Assembly (NCBI GenBank): GCA_003246505.1
Contig: QKAI01000268.1
Span: 1-28,129, forward strand
DNA: 28,129 nt
Direction of reading: 5' to 3'
Source of the DNA: Spirochaetaceae bacterium
Lineage (GTDB): Bacteria; Spirochaetota; Spirochaetia; DSM-2461
The position numbers were made by a program, and so were the translations under genes. Under the pieces are notes generated by a model. The model did not search any database and had not been told where the DNA came from. It saw only the letters and a program-made list of their open reading frames with translations. This document shows, in pieces, positions 8,322 through 17,739 of this stretch (the stretch's first letter is position 1; each line of letters begins with the position of its first letter).

Positions 8322-9239
8322 TTATTTGATGGCCCCTTCCACCATGCCCTTTATGATGTAGCGCTGGGCGAAGAGGTAGAGGACGATGACAGGCAGAATC
8401 GCCAGCAGGGTGGAGGTCAGGATCAGGTCCCACTGCTTGAGATAGGCCCCGGCGAAGGCGGTGACGGCGATGGGTATGGTCTGGACGGCTCCGTTTGAGC
8501 CCAGCACCAGCAGGGGCAGCAGGTAGTCGTTCCAAATCCAGATGCCGTTGAGAATCAGCACGGTCACGATGATGGGTTTGAGCAGGGGGAAGACGATCTG
8601 GAAAAAGGTCCTCTGGTAGGAGCATCCGTCAATGGTGGCCGCCTCTTCCAGCTCGTAGGGTATGTTCTTGATGAATCCGTGGAAAATGAAAATGGAGAGG
8701 GAGGACCCGAATCCCAGGTAGGCGAAGACGATCCCCGGGATGGTTCCCAGGAGCTTGAAGCTCAGGAACTGCCCCAGCACCCTCATCCATTTGACCAGGG
8801 GGTACATGAGCACCTGGAAGGGGATGACCATGGCGGCGACGAAAACCATGAAGATCCACACGGACCAGTTCCTATGGTTTCTCACGAGGACCCAGGCCGC
8901 CATGGAGGAGAACACCACGATGATGAGCAGGGAGAAGAAGGTGATGAGGAAGCTGTCCGCAAAGGCCCCGATGTAGTCCACCGTCCTGTTGCTGAAGATC
9001 AGGGAGACATTCGTCAGGAGCTGGCCCCAGCTGGCGGGCATGGCGACGGCGTCGAAGATGATCTCCCTTGATGTTTTGGCCGAGTTCAGCACCACCATGG
9101 CAAAGGGGATCATGAAGAGTATGAACAGGATGATCGTGACGATCTCCAGGGTTATTCTGCCCCAACGGCGGGAGCGGCCCCCCACGCCCAGCTGTTTGGA
9201 TTTGGTTTTTATTTCCCTATTTTCGGCGATAGTGCTCAT
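8322..9239 (-). CDS. Carbohydrate ABC transporter (CUT1) permease, MalG/MsmG-like
   Basis: EAA loop ELEEAATIDGCS; WIWNDYLLPL; multiple TM helices. Confidence 0.92.
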   Translation of the reverse strand: MSTIAENREIKTKSKQLGVGGRSRRWGRITLEIVTIILFILFMIPFAMVVLNSAKTSREIIFDAVAMPASWGQLLTNVSLIFSNRTVDYIGAFADSFLITFFSLLIIVVFSSMAAWVLVRNHRNWSVWIFMVFVAAMVIPFQVLMYPLVKWMRVLGQFLSFKLLGTIPGIVFAYLGFGSSLSIFIFHGFIKNIPYELEEAATIDGCSYQRTFFQIVFPLLKPIIVTVLILNGIWIWNDYLLPLLVLGSNGAVQTIPIAVTAFAGAYLKQWDLILTSTLLAILPVIVLYLFAQRYIIKGMVEGAIK

Positions 9240-10126
9240 TACATTTCCACCTCTTTCTTTTTGTTCATGGCCACCTGGATCAGGGCCACCACGACCAGGG
9301 CCACGAAGAGAACGACCGCCTTGGCCTGGGCCTCGGCCATTTTGTTGGCCGTCGCCGTGTCGAAGATATTCATTGCCAGCAGCTGGCTCGCCTTGACGGG
9401 CACACCCATAAACCGGGTGGCCGGTCCGCCGTTGGTCAGGGTCAGGTTCATATCGAACTGCTTAAACGAAGTTGTCAGTGTTAAGAAGAGGGAGATGGTG
9501 AAGGCGTTTGCCATCATGGGGATGAGTATGTGGAATACCCTGGCGACGTACCGCGCCCCGTCCACCTCGGCCGCCTCCATCAGGGAAGCGGGGATGCTCT
9601 GGATCGATGCCACGTAGATGAGCATCAGGTATCCGGAATACTGCCAGGTATTGACCGCCGACATGGCCCATATGACCGTTTCCGGGCGGCTCAGAAAGGA
9701 CGCCTGCAGGAATCCCAGGGAAAGGGTTTTCCCCAGGGATATGAAAATATTGTTGAAGAGGAACTGCCAGATATATCCCAGCACGATTCCCCCGATCAGA
9801 TAGGGGACGAAAAAGCCGGCCCTGTAGAAATTGCGAAGCTTCAGATTGCTGGTGACGATGAGGGAGAGGGAGAAGCTAACCACATTCACGAGAACCACGT
9901 TGATGGCGGTGAAGGCGATGGTGATGACGAAGGAGTGCACGAAGTCCGGGGTGGTGAAGAGTTTGGCATAGTGCTTGAACCCGACGAAATGGATATTGGG
10001 GCTCACCCCGTTCCAGTCGGTCATGGAGTAGTAAAGCCCGAAGAAAAAGGGCACCACGATGATCATGACGAAGGCGAAGACCGTGGGGAAAAGGAAAAGG
10101 ATATTGACGAAACGTTTATTGTTCAT
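9239..10126 (-). CDS. Carbohydrate ABC transporter (CUT1) permease, MalF/MsmF-like
   Basis: EAA loop SLMEAAEVDGA; TDWNG; LTNGGP; TAATG stop/start overlap with the next permease. Confidence 0.92.
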   Translation of the reverse strand: MNNKRFVNILFLFPTVFAFVMIIVVPFFFGLYYSMTDWNGVSPNIHFVGFKHYAKLFTTPDFVHSFVITIAFTAINVVLVNVVSFSLSLIVTSNLKLRNFYRAGFFVPYLIGGIVLGYIWQFLFNNIFISLGKTLSLGFLQASFLSRPETVIWAMSAVNTWQYSGYLMLIYVASIQSIPASLMEAAEVDGARYVARVFHILIPMMANAFTISLFLTLTTSFKQFDMNLTLTNGGPATRFMGVPVKASQLLAMNIFDTATANKMAEAQAKAVVLFVALVVVALIQVAMNKKKEVEM

Positions 10127-10161
10127 CCTGGTAACTCCTGATATATCTTTCTCTTCCGCTA

Positions 10162-10192
10162 AAACGTGCGGCCCCGGTGGGGCCTCACGTTT
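10162..10192 (-). terminator. Stem-loop after the solute-binding protein gene (partial terminator or mRNA-stabilising element)
   Basis: AAACGTG-c-GGCCCC-ggt-GGGGCC-t-CACGTTT: 13 paired bases with one mismatch, ending in a T run on the minus strand. Confidence 0.6.
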
Positions 10193-10203
10193 ATATCAGA
10201 AAA

Positions 10204-11478
10204 TTACATGTTGGGAAGACCGGCGATAGCGTCCTTCATGTCGGCGACAAACTGATCGATGTTATCGGGGTTCTGGGCGAAAAGGTCATAGATGGGGCCG
10301 AAGACATTCTGTCCGGCGCCGTCGGGAAGCATCCCGAAGAAAACGCCGTAGTTTCCGCCGCGGGCGTTGGCTGCCATGAGGGCCTGGCTGAGCTGTCCGG
10401 AGGGTTTGAGGGTTACGGACTTGAAGGCGGGGATCATGCCGGCCTTGTTCACGATGTAATCCTGTCCTTCGGGGGTGGTGGCCATGGCGGCGAGGAAGGC
10501 CTTGGCCTGCTCGGCCCTGGGGCTCATGCCGTTAACCACATACCAGCTGGGAGCGAAGAGGTAGAGGCCCTTCTGGGGGGTGTTGGTAAAGGCGTGGGGG
10601 GCATATCCCATCTTAAAGGCCACGCCGAGCTGCTTCATGTTGGGATCAACCCAGTTCCCCTGGTGCAGGAACGCGGTCCGGCCCTGGGCGAAGGAACCGA
10701 CCTGATCGTCGTAGCTGCCGTTCAGGAGGATGTTCTGGTCCGCATATTTGAAGAGAAGCTGAACGTACTTGGCGTATTCCCGGAAGCGGGGCTCGTCCAT
10801 CTTGCCCTTAAGAGCGTCTTCGATCACATGGGTGTCGGTGAAAGCGAGACCGCCGCCCCAGTAAGCGGCCAGGTTGTGCTGGGCGGCTACCCACCACATG
10901 CCTCCGGCCACGGAAGCGGCCATGGCCACGGGCGCGTCGATTCCCAGTTCCGCCTTTTTGGCATCCAGGGTCTTGAAGGCCTTTTCGTAGGCGTCCCGGG
11001 TCGTCAGGGAAGCGGGATCGATACCGGCTTTCGCCAGGATGTCCGCATTGTAGGCGAGACCGTATCCTTCGATGGCAACGGGGAAACCGTAGGCTTTTCC
11101 GTCAACCATGAATGCCAGGTCCGTATCTTTCAGCCAGGATTCGCCCTCGAGGCTGGCAATGTAGTCTTTCCATACATTGTAACCGCCCAGACCTTCGATC
11201 TGGAAGATATCGGGCATATCATCGGCCTGGGCCTTGGCCTTCAGGGCGCCGCCGAAGTCGGCCCCGCCTCCGAGGGTTTCCACCTTGACCGTCACGCCGG
11301 GTGTGGCTGCGGAATACTGGGCGGCATATGCGTCCAGGGCATCCTTGATTTCTACTTTCAGCTGGAACATGGTGACAGTGACATCGCCGCCCGCCGCTGC
11401 CGCGGCATCCTTTTTACCATTGGCTGTAACCGTTACGGTCATCAATACCATCAGCAAAAACAACATGATTTTTTTCAT
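10204..11478 (-). CDS. Extracellular solute-binding protein, family 1 (MsmE-like, probably oligosaccharide)
   Basis: Signal peptide MKKIMLFLL...TANG; DMPDIF; YGFPVAIEGYGLAYN; FLHQGNW; AAGGAG RBS. Confidence 0.9.
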   Translation of the reverse strand: MKKIMLFLLMVLMTVTVTANGKKDAAAAAGGDVTVTMFQLKVEIKDALDAYAAQYSAATPGVTVKVETLGGGADFGGALKAKAQADDMPDIFQIEGLGGYNVWKDYIASLEGESWLKDTDLAFMVDGKAYGFPVAIEGYGLAYNADILAKAGIDPASLTTRDAYEKAFKTLDAKKAELGIDAPVAMAASVAGGMWWVAAQHNLAAYWGGGLAFTDTHVIEDALKGKMDEPRFREYAKYVQLLFKYADQNILLNGSYDDQVGSFAQGRTAFLHQGNWVDPNMKQLGVAFKMGYAPHAFTNTPQKGLYLFAPSWYVVNGMSPRAEQAKAFLAAMATTPEGQDYIVNKAGMIPAFKSVTLKPSGQLSQALMAANARGGNYGVFFGMLPDGAGQNVFGPIYDLFAQNPDNIDQFVADMKDAIAGLPNM

Positions 11479-11539
11479 TTCTTACTCCTTCGGCCAAATC
11501 GGCCATATATCTCATCGGCTTTCATGCCGAATCAATCCC

Positions 11540-12553
11540 TTATGTGGTGGACCTCTCTATCAGTTCCACTTGCAGCTTCACCTTCTGGATGGCTTTATTA
11601 TTGCTCCTGATCTGGCTCACCAGCAGCTCCGCCGCGATTCTTCCCGAATCGTTCAGATGCTGGGAGATGGTGGAGAGTTCCATCCAGCTTGCCCCTTCTA
11701 TGTCGTCGAATCCCAGAACGGCCATGTCCTGGGGAATCCTTATGCCCCTCTCCCGGGCCGCCTTGATGAGGCCGATGGCATGGATATCGGACATGGCGAA
11801 TACAGCCCGGGGGCGGTTCCCCCTGTCCAGGAATTCCCCCAGAACAAGCCGGGAATCCTCCACTGTGGTATAGGCCTGGATGAGCATCTCCTTCTGAATC
11901 GTCCTGCCGTTGCTTTCCAGACAGTCCCGGAATCCGCTCAGACGCAGTTCGGAGGGGTGAAGATTGTAGGGGTAGGGGATGGGCTTGTCCCCGATATAGG
12001 CGCAGGGAAAGTAGTCCTTCTCCAGGAAGCACCGGGCCGCCAGCTCCCCACCGCGGTAATCGTCCGCCAGAACCCGGGAGTAGTTGTCGTCATCCGATTC
12101 CACGAGGACCACCTGGAGTCCGGAGGATTTGAGGGTGCGGTGCTGCTCCGGGGAGAGCTTCACCGACATGAGGATGAGTCCGTCAATCCTCTTGGTAAAG
12201 GGCACCGAGGTCAGATATTCGTTAAGCTGCTCCGGCCCCTCGATGGTATAGATGACCATCTCATAGTTGTGTTCCTTAAAGACGGGGGTCATCCCCTCCA
12301 GACGCTCAATAAAGGAGGGGGCGGGGAAGAAGGGGGTCAGGACTCCCACCCGGCCCACGGTCCTGTTGGTGCGGGTTCCCGTATTGCCGTGGGGCACATA
12401 GTCCAGCACCTCGATGGCATGGGCGATTCTCTGCCCCGTCTTGGCGCTGATATTGCTGGAGTTGTTCAGGAAACGGGACACCGTGGTTATGCTGACGCCG
12501 GCCTTTTCGGCAACATCATATATGGTGGGCTGTCCCTTTCTGTCGTTTCCCAT
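11540..12553 (-). CDS. LacI-family repressor lacking the canonical hinge helix
   Basis: PTIYDVAEKAGVSITTVSRFLN HTH; C-terminal DMAVLGFDD...LSTI...LIERSTT. Start placed at 12553 behind a GAGGAG RBS; the ORF-track extension to 12628 runs through the operators and promoter. Confidence 0.92.
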   Translation of the reverse strand: MGNDRKGQPTIYDVAEKAGVSITTVSRFLNNSSNISAKTGQRIAHAIEVLDYVPHGNTGTRTNRTVGRVGVLTPFFPAPSFIERLEGMTPVFKEHNYEMVIYTIEGPEQLNEYLTSVPFTKRIDGLILMSVKLSPEQHRTLKSSGLQVVLVESDDDNYSRVLADDYRGGELAARCFLEKDYFPCAYIGDKPIPYPYNLHPSELRLSGFRDCLESNGRTIQKEMLIQAYTTVEDSRLVLGEFLDRGNRPRAVFAMSDIHAIGLIKAARERGIRIPQDMAVLGFDDIEGASWMELSTISQHLNDSGRIAAELLVSQIRSNNKAIQKVKLQVELIERSTT

Positions 12554-12565
12554 AGGCTCCTCGCG

Positions 12566-12593
12566 TGAAAATACTTTCATGAAAGTACTTTCA
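12566..12593. promoter_or_regulatory. Two abutting 14-bp operators, TGAAAATACTTTCA and TGAAAGTACTTTCA
   Basis: The second copy (12580-12593) is a perfect palindrome. Together they cover the predicted transcription start of the lacI-SBP-permease operon. Confidence 0.8.
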
Positions 12594-12599
12594 TGAAAC

Positions 12600-12628
12600 A
12601 TATTACCCTCACTTTCACCATCTGTCAA
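12600..12628 (-). promoter_or_regulatory. Sigma70 promoter TTGACA-N17-TAATAT of the lacI/CUT1 operon
   Basis: Consensus -35 at 12628-12623, 17-nt spacer, -10 at 12605-12600. Confidence 0.75.
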
Positions 12629-12636
12629 CTTTTTTC

Positions 12637-12650
12637 TGAAAGAACTTTCA
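12637..12650. promoter_or_regulatory. Third operator copy, TGAAAGAACTTTCA
   Basis: 13/14 match to the perfect palindrome; lies just upstream of the -35. Confidence 0.75.
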
Positions 12651-12662
12651 TAAGATCGGGGG

Positions 12663-12699
12663 TTGTCCGTTTTGTATTAATGTTTTATTATCATACAAT
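12663..12699 (+). promoter_or_regulatory. Promoter TTGTCC-N17-TATTAT of the FadR-type gene, overlapped by operator ATTATCATACAAT (12687-12699)
   Basis: The operator is the reverse complement of ATTGTATGATAAT and overlaps the -10, consistent with autorepression. Confidence 0.7.
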
Positions 12700-12702
12700 G
12701 GG

Positions 12703-13422
12703 GTGGGTGACAGGGTGGCGAAAATCAGACAGAAGACAGTAGTCGAGCAGGTTATGGAGCAGATCAAGGGATTGATCGCTTCGGGCAAATACAAGCCGGG
12801 GGATAAACTGCCCACGGAACATGAACTGGCGGAAAAGTTCGGGATCGGCCGCTCTTCCATCCGGGAGGCTATAAAAATTTTCAATTACCTGGGCGTCCTC
12901 AAATCCAAGGCCGCCAAGGGAACCTTTCTTTCCGACCGGGCGAATATTTCCGCGGAAGCCCTCTCCTGGTCCATTCTCCTGGGAAAGGATGAACAGCAGG
13001 AGCTGATCGAAACCCGGGGGGCCATAGAGCTCTGGAGCATCATCACCCTTACCGGACTCTTTCAGAACAATCCGGTCAAGTGCACCCCCATACTGGATGA
13101 GCTGCAGGTACAGGTCGACCTGATGAAGCAGGGCATCGCCGACGGGGAGCTCGAGAAGCTGGTGGAAGCGGATTACGCCTTCCACAACATCATCGTGAAG
13201 AGCACGGAGAACAGCCTTTTCTACTCCATATACAAAACGCTCAAGTCGTTCATGTACGAAGAGATCATACAGTCCCAGAACGATTATACCGATCCTGGGA
13301 TGATCGTTTCCGAGCACCAGAGCATCATCAATACGATCCGGTCGGGGGATATCAACCAGTCCGTGAAGACATTCAGCTCCCACATAGAGAATATCGAGAA
13401 CCGCCTGAAGATCCGGGCCTAG
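12703..13422 (+). CDS. GntR-family, FadR-subfamily transcriptional regulator (wHTH + FCD)
   Basis: YKPGDKLPTEHELAEKFGIGRSSIREA...GKGTF-like AAKGTF; FCD motifs ADYAFHNII, NSLF and EH..II. The start could be GTG 12703 or GTG 12715. Confidence 0.92.
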   Translation: MGDRVAKIRQKTVVEQVMEQIKGLIASGKYKPGDKLPTEHELAEKFGIGRSSIREAIKIFNYLGVLKSKAAKGTFLSDRANISAEALSWSILLGKDEQQELIETRGAIELWSIITLTGLFQNNPVKCTPILDELQVQVDLMKQGIADGELEKLVEADYAFHNIIVKSTENSLFYSIYKTLKSFMYEEIIQSQNDYTDPGMIVSEHQSIINTIRSGDINQSVKTFSSHIENIENRLKIRA

Positions 13423-13430
13423 GAGGGGGG

Positions 13431-13871
13431 ATGATTCTGGTCAGCGCCTGCCTGGCGGGAATCGCCTGCCGCTACAACGGGTCAGGGGCGGTCGATGAAC
13501 TTGTCCTCGCCCTGGTGCGGGAGGGGAAGGCCCTGCCCCTGTGCCCGGAAATTCTGGGGGGACTCCCCGTTCCCCGTACCCCCTGCGAGATCGTCCGTCG
13601 AGGGGGCGACTCCCTTGCCATTGCCGAGGAAAACGGCACGGACCGTACGGGCGCCTTTCTAGAGGGGGCGAGGAAGACCGCGGAGATCTGCCGCATCGCC
13701 GGAATAGGGGAGGCGATTCTCAAGTCGGGAAGCCCCTCATGCGGTTCGGATTGGGTCTATGACGGAACATTCTCGGGAAAGCACGTCCCCGGCCGGGGCG
13801 TGACGTCGGATCTTCTTCTTAAGGAGGGGATCCGGGTTTACTCGGAAAAAGGATGGAGGGAGAAGAAGTAA
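13431..13871 (+). CDS. DUF523 / 2-thiouracil desulfurase (TudS/YbbK)-family protein
   Basis: ILVSACLAG..CRYNG, CPE..GGLP.PR, LKSGSPSCG, G.GVT..LL; GGAGG RBS overlapping the upstream stop. Confidence 0.85.
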   Translation: MILVSACLAGIACRYNGSGAVDELVLALVREGKALPLCPEILGGLPVPRTPCEIVRRGGDSLAIAEENGTDRTGAFLEGARKTAEICRIAGIGEAILKSGSPSCGSDWVYDGTFSGKHVPGRGVTSDLLLKEGIRVYSEKGWREKK

Positions 13872-13940
13872 CACTTCCCCTCCCTCCGATATGAAAAACT
13901 ACCCTGCTGCTATGAGGGAGATTAGAACCTGAGCCGCCGG

Positions 13941-14834
13941 TCAGATGCCCGTATGCTTCTTAATATAGGCCCGGGCGTTTTTCGCGTAGACGAAGGGATT
14001 GGCCTTGGCCGGATCCTGCTCCGCTTCCACCACCATCCAGCCTTCGTAATTATTCTCATCCAGAATGGCGAAAAGGGAGGGGAAGTCCACACTGCCGTCT
14101 CCGGGGACGGTGAAGACGCCCGCCCTGACCGCATCCAGGAAGGAGGAGTCCTTCGCCTTTACCTCGGCGAAGACATCCTTTCTCATATCCTTGAGATGCA
14201 CATGGCCGACGCGGGAAATATACTTTTTGAGAGCCGCCACGGGATCCTCTTCGGAGAAGGAGAAATGGCCCGAATCGAACAGGAGGTAGACCTTGTCCGG
14301 ATCGGTGTCGTTAAGGAAGCGGTCCACCTCTTCCATGGTCTGGATGCCCGTGCCCATGTGGTGGTGGAAGGCGAGCTTCATCCCCTCACTTTTTGCTATG
14401 GCTCCCAGTTTGTTCAGCCCGTCGCAGACCGCTTTGAATTCATCCTTCGTAAATACGGCCTTACCGGAAAATACGGATTTCTTCAGGTCCCCCTGGCAGG
14501 AGCGGGTCTGCTCGGAGGGGCCGATGACGTCGGCGCCCATGGCCTTGAGGAACATGAGCTGTTCCCTGAAATCCTTCTCCACTTCCCCGTAGGGCTTGCT
14601 GGCCAGGAAGGAGCTGTACCACTGGTTGCAGATCTGAATGCCCCGGACCTCCAGCATCGGCTTCAGCACCGCCGGATCCTTGGGGTATTTGCTTCCCACC
14701 TCCGAACCGGTGTAGCCGGCCAGAGCCATCTCGCTGACGCACTGCTGGAAGGAGTTCTCCTTCCCCAGGTCGGGCATGTCGTCGTTGGTCCATCCTATGG
14801 GAGCCATCGCCAGTTTGACCTTATTCTTATCCAT
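13941..14834 (-). CDS. iolE: Myo-inosose-2 dehydratase
   Basis: APIGWTNDDMPDLG; FHHHMGT; LLFDSGH; HVHLKD; FTVPGDG; WMVVEAEQDP. Confidence 0.95.
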   Translation of the reverse strand: MDKNKVKLAMAPIGWTNDDMPDLGKENSFQQCVSEMALAGYTGSEVGSKYPKDPAVLKPMLEVRGIQICNQWYSSFLASKPYGEVEKDFREQLMFLKAMGADVIGPSEQTRSCQGDLKKSVFSGKAVFTKDEFKAVCDGLNKLGAIAKSEGMKLAFHHHMGTGIQTMEEVDRFLNDTDPDKVYLLFDSGHFSFSEEDPVAALKKYISRVGHVHLKDMRKDVFAEVKAKDSSFLDAVRAGVFTVPGDGSVDFPSLFAILDENNYEGWMVVEAEQDPAKANPFVYAKNARAYIKKHTGI

Positions 14835-14899
14835 AATTATCCTCTTTCAGCCCCAGGTTATACCGGGGATATTTTCGTTGTGAACCGGACTCGGGAGAA

Positions 14900-16834
14900 T
14901 CAGTACTGCCGGGCCCTCTTGAGCTCTTCCTTCTGCTCCGCCGTCTTCTGGACAATGGTTTCGCTCTTCGCCACTTCCGCCTGACCGCAGCGCCAGAACC
15001 CCTTGTACCCGTCGGTCATGGTCTTGGGGAGAACCTTCACGTCTATGACCGTGGAGACGGTCTGCCTGGCCGCATCGGCCAGGGCCGCGCGGAGCTCCTC
15101 TTCGGTCTTGGCGGTGTAGGTCTTGCAGCCGTAGCCCTCGCCGATCTTGGCGAAGTCCACGTAGATCAGGTCCCCGTCCAGTTTGCCCGTTTTGCTGTTC
15201 CTATGGCGGAATTCGGTCCCGAAGGTGCCCTGTCCCCGGTCCATCTGCAGGTTGTTGATGCATCCGAACTCGGCGTTGTCGAAGACGACAAGGTTGATCT
15301 TCTTCCCCTCCTGGATGGAGGTGGCCAGTTCGGAATGGAGCATCATGAAGGATCCGTCCCCAAGATAGGTATACACCTCCCTGTCCGGTTCGGCCAGCTT
15401 GGCCCCCAAGGCGGCGCTGACTTCGTAACCCATGCAGGAGTAGCCGTATTCCATGTGGTAGGAGCGGAGGCTCTTCGCCCGGAATACCCTCTGTAGGTCC
15501 CCGGGGAGGGAACCGGAGGCGCCCACCACGATGGCGTTCTTATCCACAACCTCATCCAGAATTCCCAGAATCCGGGTCTGTGTCAGTTTCGTCCCCAGGG
15601 CTTTGCTGTACTCTTCCAGGGCCGATGTCAGGCCGTCCCGGATTTCGGGCACGAAGCCGGGGCCGGTGTATTCCAGGGAGAAGAGACGGTTAAGCTCCCT
15701 GTCCCATTCCTCCCTGGCCGCTTTGATCTCCGTGGTGTAGGCGGACTTGTAGCCCTCCTTCTTCAGGGTCTCCCGAATGGCGGCAAGGGCCGTCTTCGCA
15801 TCGCAGGTGACCCGCACCGCATCCATCTTGTAGGAGTCGAAGGAGGCCACATTGATGTTGATGAAATCCACGTTCGGGTTCTGGTAAAGCCACTTGGAGG
15901 CGGTGGTGAAGTCGGTGTAGCGGGTCCCTACCCCTATGACCAGGTCGGTCTCCTGTCCCAGGGTATTGGCGGCGAGACAGCCCGTGGTGCCCACGCCCCC
16001 CAGGTTCAGGGGATGGGAGTAGAGGGTGGCGCTCTTGCCCGCCTGGGTTTCGGCGTAGGGGATGTTGAACTCCTCGCAGAATTTGAGCATCTCCTCCGCC
16101 GCTTCGGAGTAGCGCACGCCCCCTCCGCAGATGAGCATGGGCTTTTTCTTGGATTTGATCATCCTTACCGCTTCCCGGACCATGGCGTCGGTGGGGGCGG
16201 TCCTTTCCAGGCGGTGAACCCGCTTCTGGAAGAAATATTCCGGATAGTCGTAGGCCTCGCCCTGCACGTCCTGGGGAAGGCAGACCGCCACGGCCCCCGT
16301 ATTGGCCGGATCGGTGAGGGTCCTCATGGCGCCGATCATGGCGGACATGAGCTGCTCCGGCCGGTTGATCCGGTCCCAGAATTTGCAGACCGGCCGGAAG
16401 GCGTCGTTGGTGGTGAGGGTCAGGTCGTGGAACTGCTCCATCTGCTGCAGAACCGGGTCGGGCTGGCGGGTGGCGTAGGTGTCGCCGGGCAGAAGAAGCA
16501 CGGGGATGCGGTTGGCCGTGGCCGTGGCCGCCGCGGTGACCATGTTGGCCGCGCCGGGGCCGACCGAGGAGGTGCAGGCGTAGATCTGCCTTCTGTGATT
16601 CTGCTTGGCGAATCCCATGGCCGCGGCGGCCATGCCCTGCTCGTTCCGTCCCTGGTGGACGATAAGATCGCCCGGATCCTCTTCCAGGGCCTGTCCCAGG
16701 CCCACCACGTTCCCGTGGCCGAAGATGGTGAAGATACCCTTGACGAATTTGTGCTCTTCCCCGTCGAATTCCAGATACTGCTGGTTCAGAAATTTCACCA
16801 GCGCCTGGGCTACGGTCATTCTTATGGTTTTCAT
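14900..16834 (-). CDS. iolD: 3D-(3,5/4)-trihydroxycyclohexane-1,2-dione acylhydrolase (ThDP-dependent)
   Basis: [10 protein letters not shown]; IFGHGNVVG; RNEQGMA; [11 protein letters not shown]; PDPVLQQ; [11 protein letters not shown]; ThDP motif GDGSFMM...N. Confidence 0.96.
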   Translation of the reverse strand: MKTIRMTVAQALVKFLNQQYLEFDGEEHKFVKGIFTIFGHGNVVGLGQALEEDPGDLIVHQGRNEQGMAAAAMGFAKQNHRRQIYACTSSVGPGAANMVTAAATATANRIPVLLLPGDTYATRQPDPVLQQMEQFHDLTLTTNDAFRPVCKFWDRINRPEQLMSAMIGAMRTLTDPANTGAVAVCLPQDVQGEAYDYPEYFFQKRVHRLERTAPTDAMVREAVRMIKSKKKPMLICGGGVRYSEAAEEMLKFCEEFNIPYAETQAGKSATLYSHPLNLGGVGTTGCLAANTLGQETDLVIGVGTRYTDFTTASKWLYQNPNVDFININVASFDSYKMDAVRVTCDAKTALAAIRETLKKEGYKSAYTTEIKAAREEWDRELNRLFSLEYTGPGFVPEIRDGLTSALEEYSKALGTKLTQTRILGILDEVVDKNAIVVGASGSLPGDLQRVFRAKSLRSYHMEYGYSCMGYEVSAALGAKLAEPDREVYTYLGDGSFMMLHSELATSIQEGKKINLVVFDNAEFGCINNLQMDRGQGTFGTEFRHRNSKTGKLDGDLIYVDFAKIGEGYGCKTYTAKTEEELRAALADAARQTVSTVIDVKVLPKTMTDGYKGFWRCGQAEVAKSETIVQKTAEQKEELKRARQY

Positions 16835-17646
16835 TATTTAACTTCCTTTCCGTGTTTTAATTCGGGCCAGATGACAACATCCGGCTCCTTCAGCCATTCA
16901 TGCTCTTTGACGAAATACCTGGTGGTGGGGAGCCACCGGTCGTTCTCCAGGTGGGGGATCATCCAGATGTAGTACATGGCGTATCCCGCCCCGGCCACCT
17001 GGGAGTGGGTTCGGTCCGGCACGATGAGGCAGGTATCCCCGTTCTTGACGAAATGGGGATCCTCATCGATCAGGGAGACGCCGAAGCCGCAGTCGGGAAA
17101 GTGGCGGTAGTGGTAGATCTCCGGCTGGGGATGATGGTGGGGCGGGTAGCTGGACCATTTCCCCGGGTGGTTGATCACCTCACCCAGAACCATGTTGGAT
17201 TCGGGAGCGATCACCCCGTCGAAGACGGTCCTGACCGTTCTCTTCGCCGTATCGTTGAGGATCCCCCCGCCGAAAATATCGGAGCGGATATCCTCCTGCC
17301 GGTAAAACCGGGGAGCGAACTCCCGGGGATTCTTCTTTTTTTCCACCGCGATTTCCGAGTCCTCCGCCGCAATGATGGTCACGGGAATATTCCGGGGGAC
17401 ATGGAGGACCACGGGGTTTTCCTCAAAGCAGGACCGGCGGACCGCCTCTTCCGTCTTCCCGTCCCATTTGAACTGAACCCGGCCGCCCATGAGGAGCCAG
17501 GCCCTCTCCTTGCCCTCCTGGCAGAGCCAGGTCTCGCCCTTCTTCAGCCGGAGAATTCCGAAATCCAGGAGCATTTCCGAATGGATGCCCTCCTCTTCGG
17601 TGATTACCGTATATCCGGTTTCCCATATCTGATTCTTTATAATCAC
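16834..17646 (-). CDS. iolB: 5-deoxy-glucuronate isomerase (KduI/IolB family)
   Basis: GEV...[16 protein letters not shown]; YAMYYIW; GGAGG RBS with GTG start; TAATG overlap with iolD. Confidence 0.88.
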   Translation of the reverse strand: MIIKNQIWETGYTVITEEEGIHSEMLLDFGILRLKKGETWLCQEGKERAWLLMGGRVQFKWDGKTEEAVRRSCFEENPVVLHVPRNIPVTIIAAEDSEIAVEKKKNPREFAPRFYRQEDIRSDIFGGGILNDTAKRTVRTVFDGVIAPESNMVLGEVINHPGKWSSYPPHHHPQPEIYHYRHFPDCGFGVSLIDEDPHFVKNGDTCLIVPDRTHSQVAGAGYAMYYIWMIPHLENDRWLPTTRYFVKEHEWLKEPDVVIWPELKHGKEVK

Positions 17647-17672
17647 TTAAGCCTCCCTCGATCGGTGGTTTT

Positions 17673-17701
17673 ATTATATTGTAGTATTGTCTGATAATCA
17701 A
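17673..17701 (-). promoter_or_regulatory. Promoter TTGATT-N17-TATAAT of iolB-iolD-iolE, with operator ATTGTCTGATAAT (17686-17698) in the spacer/-35
   Basis: Consensus -10 at 17678-17673, -35 at 17701-17696; the operator matches the copies at 12687, 23541, 28058 and 28114. Confidence 0.8.
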
Positions 17702-17739
17702 GTGTTATTTTTCAAAAATCCGTCCCCGGAGGGGCACTG

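Noticed and set aside
12698-12742. Out-of-frame ATG at the predicted start site of the FadR gene (14-codon mini-ORF, or a frameshifted true start)
   Set aside because: In-frame GTG starts give a complete wHTH domain, and nothing else supports a leader peptide or frameshift.
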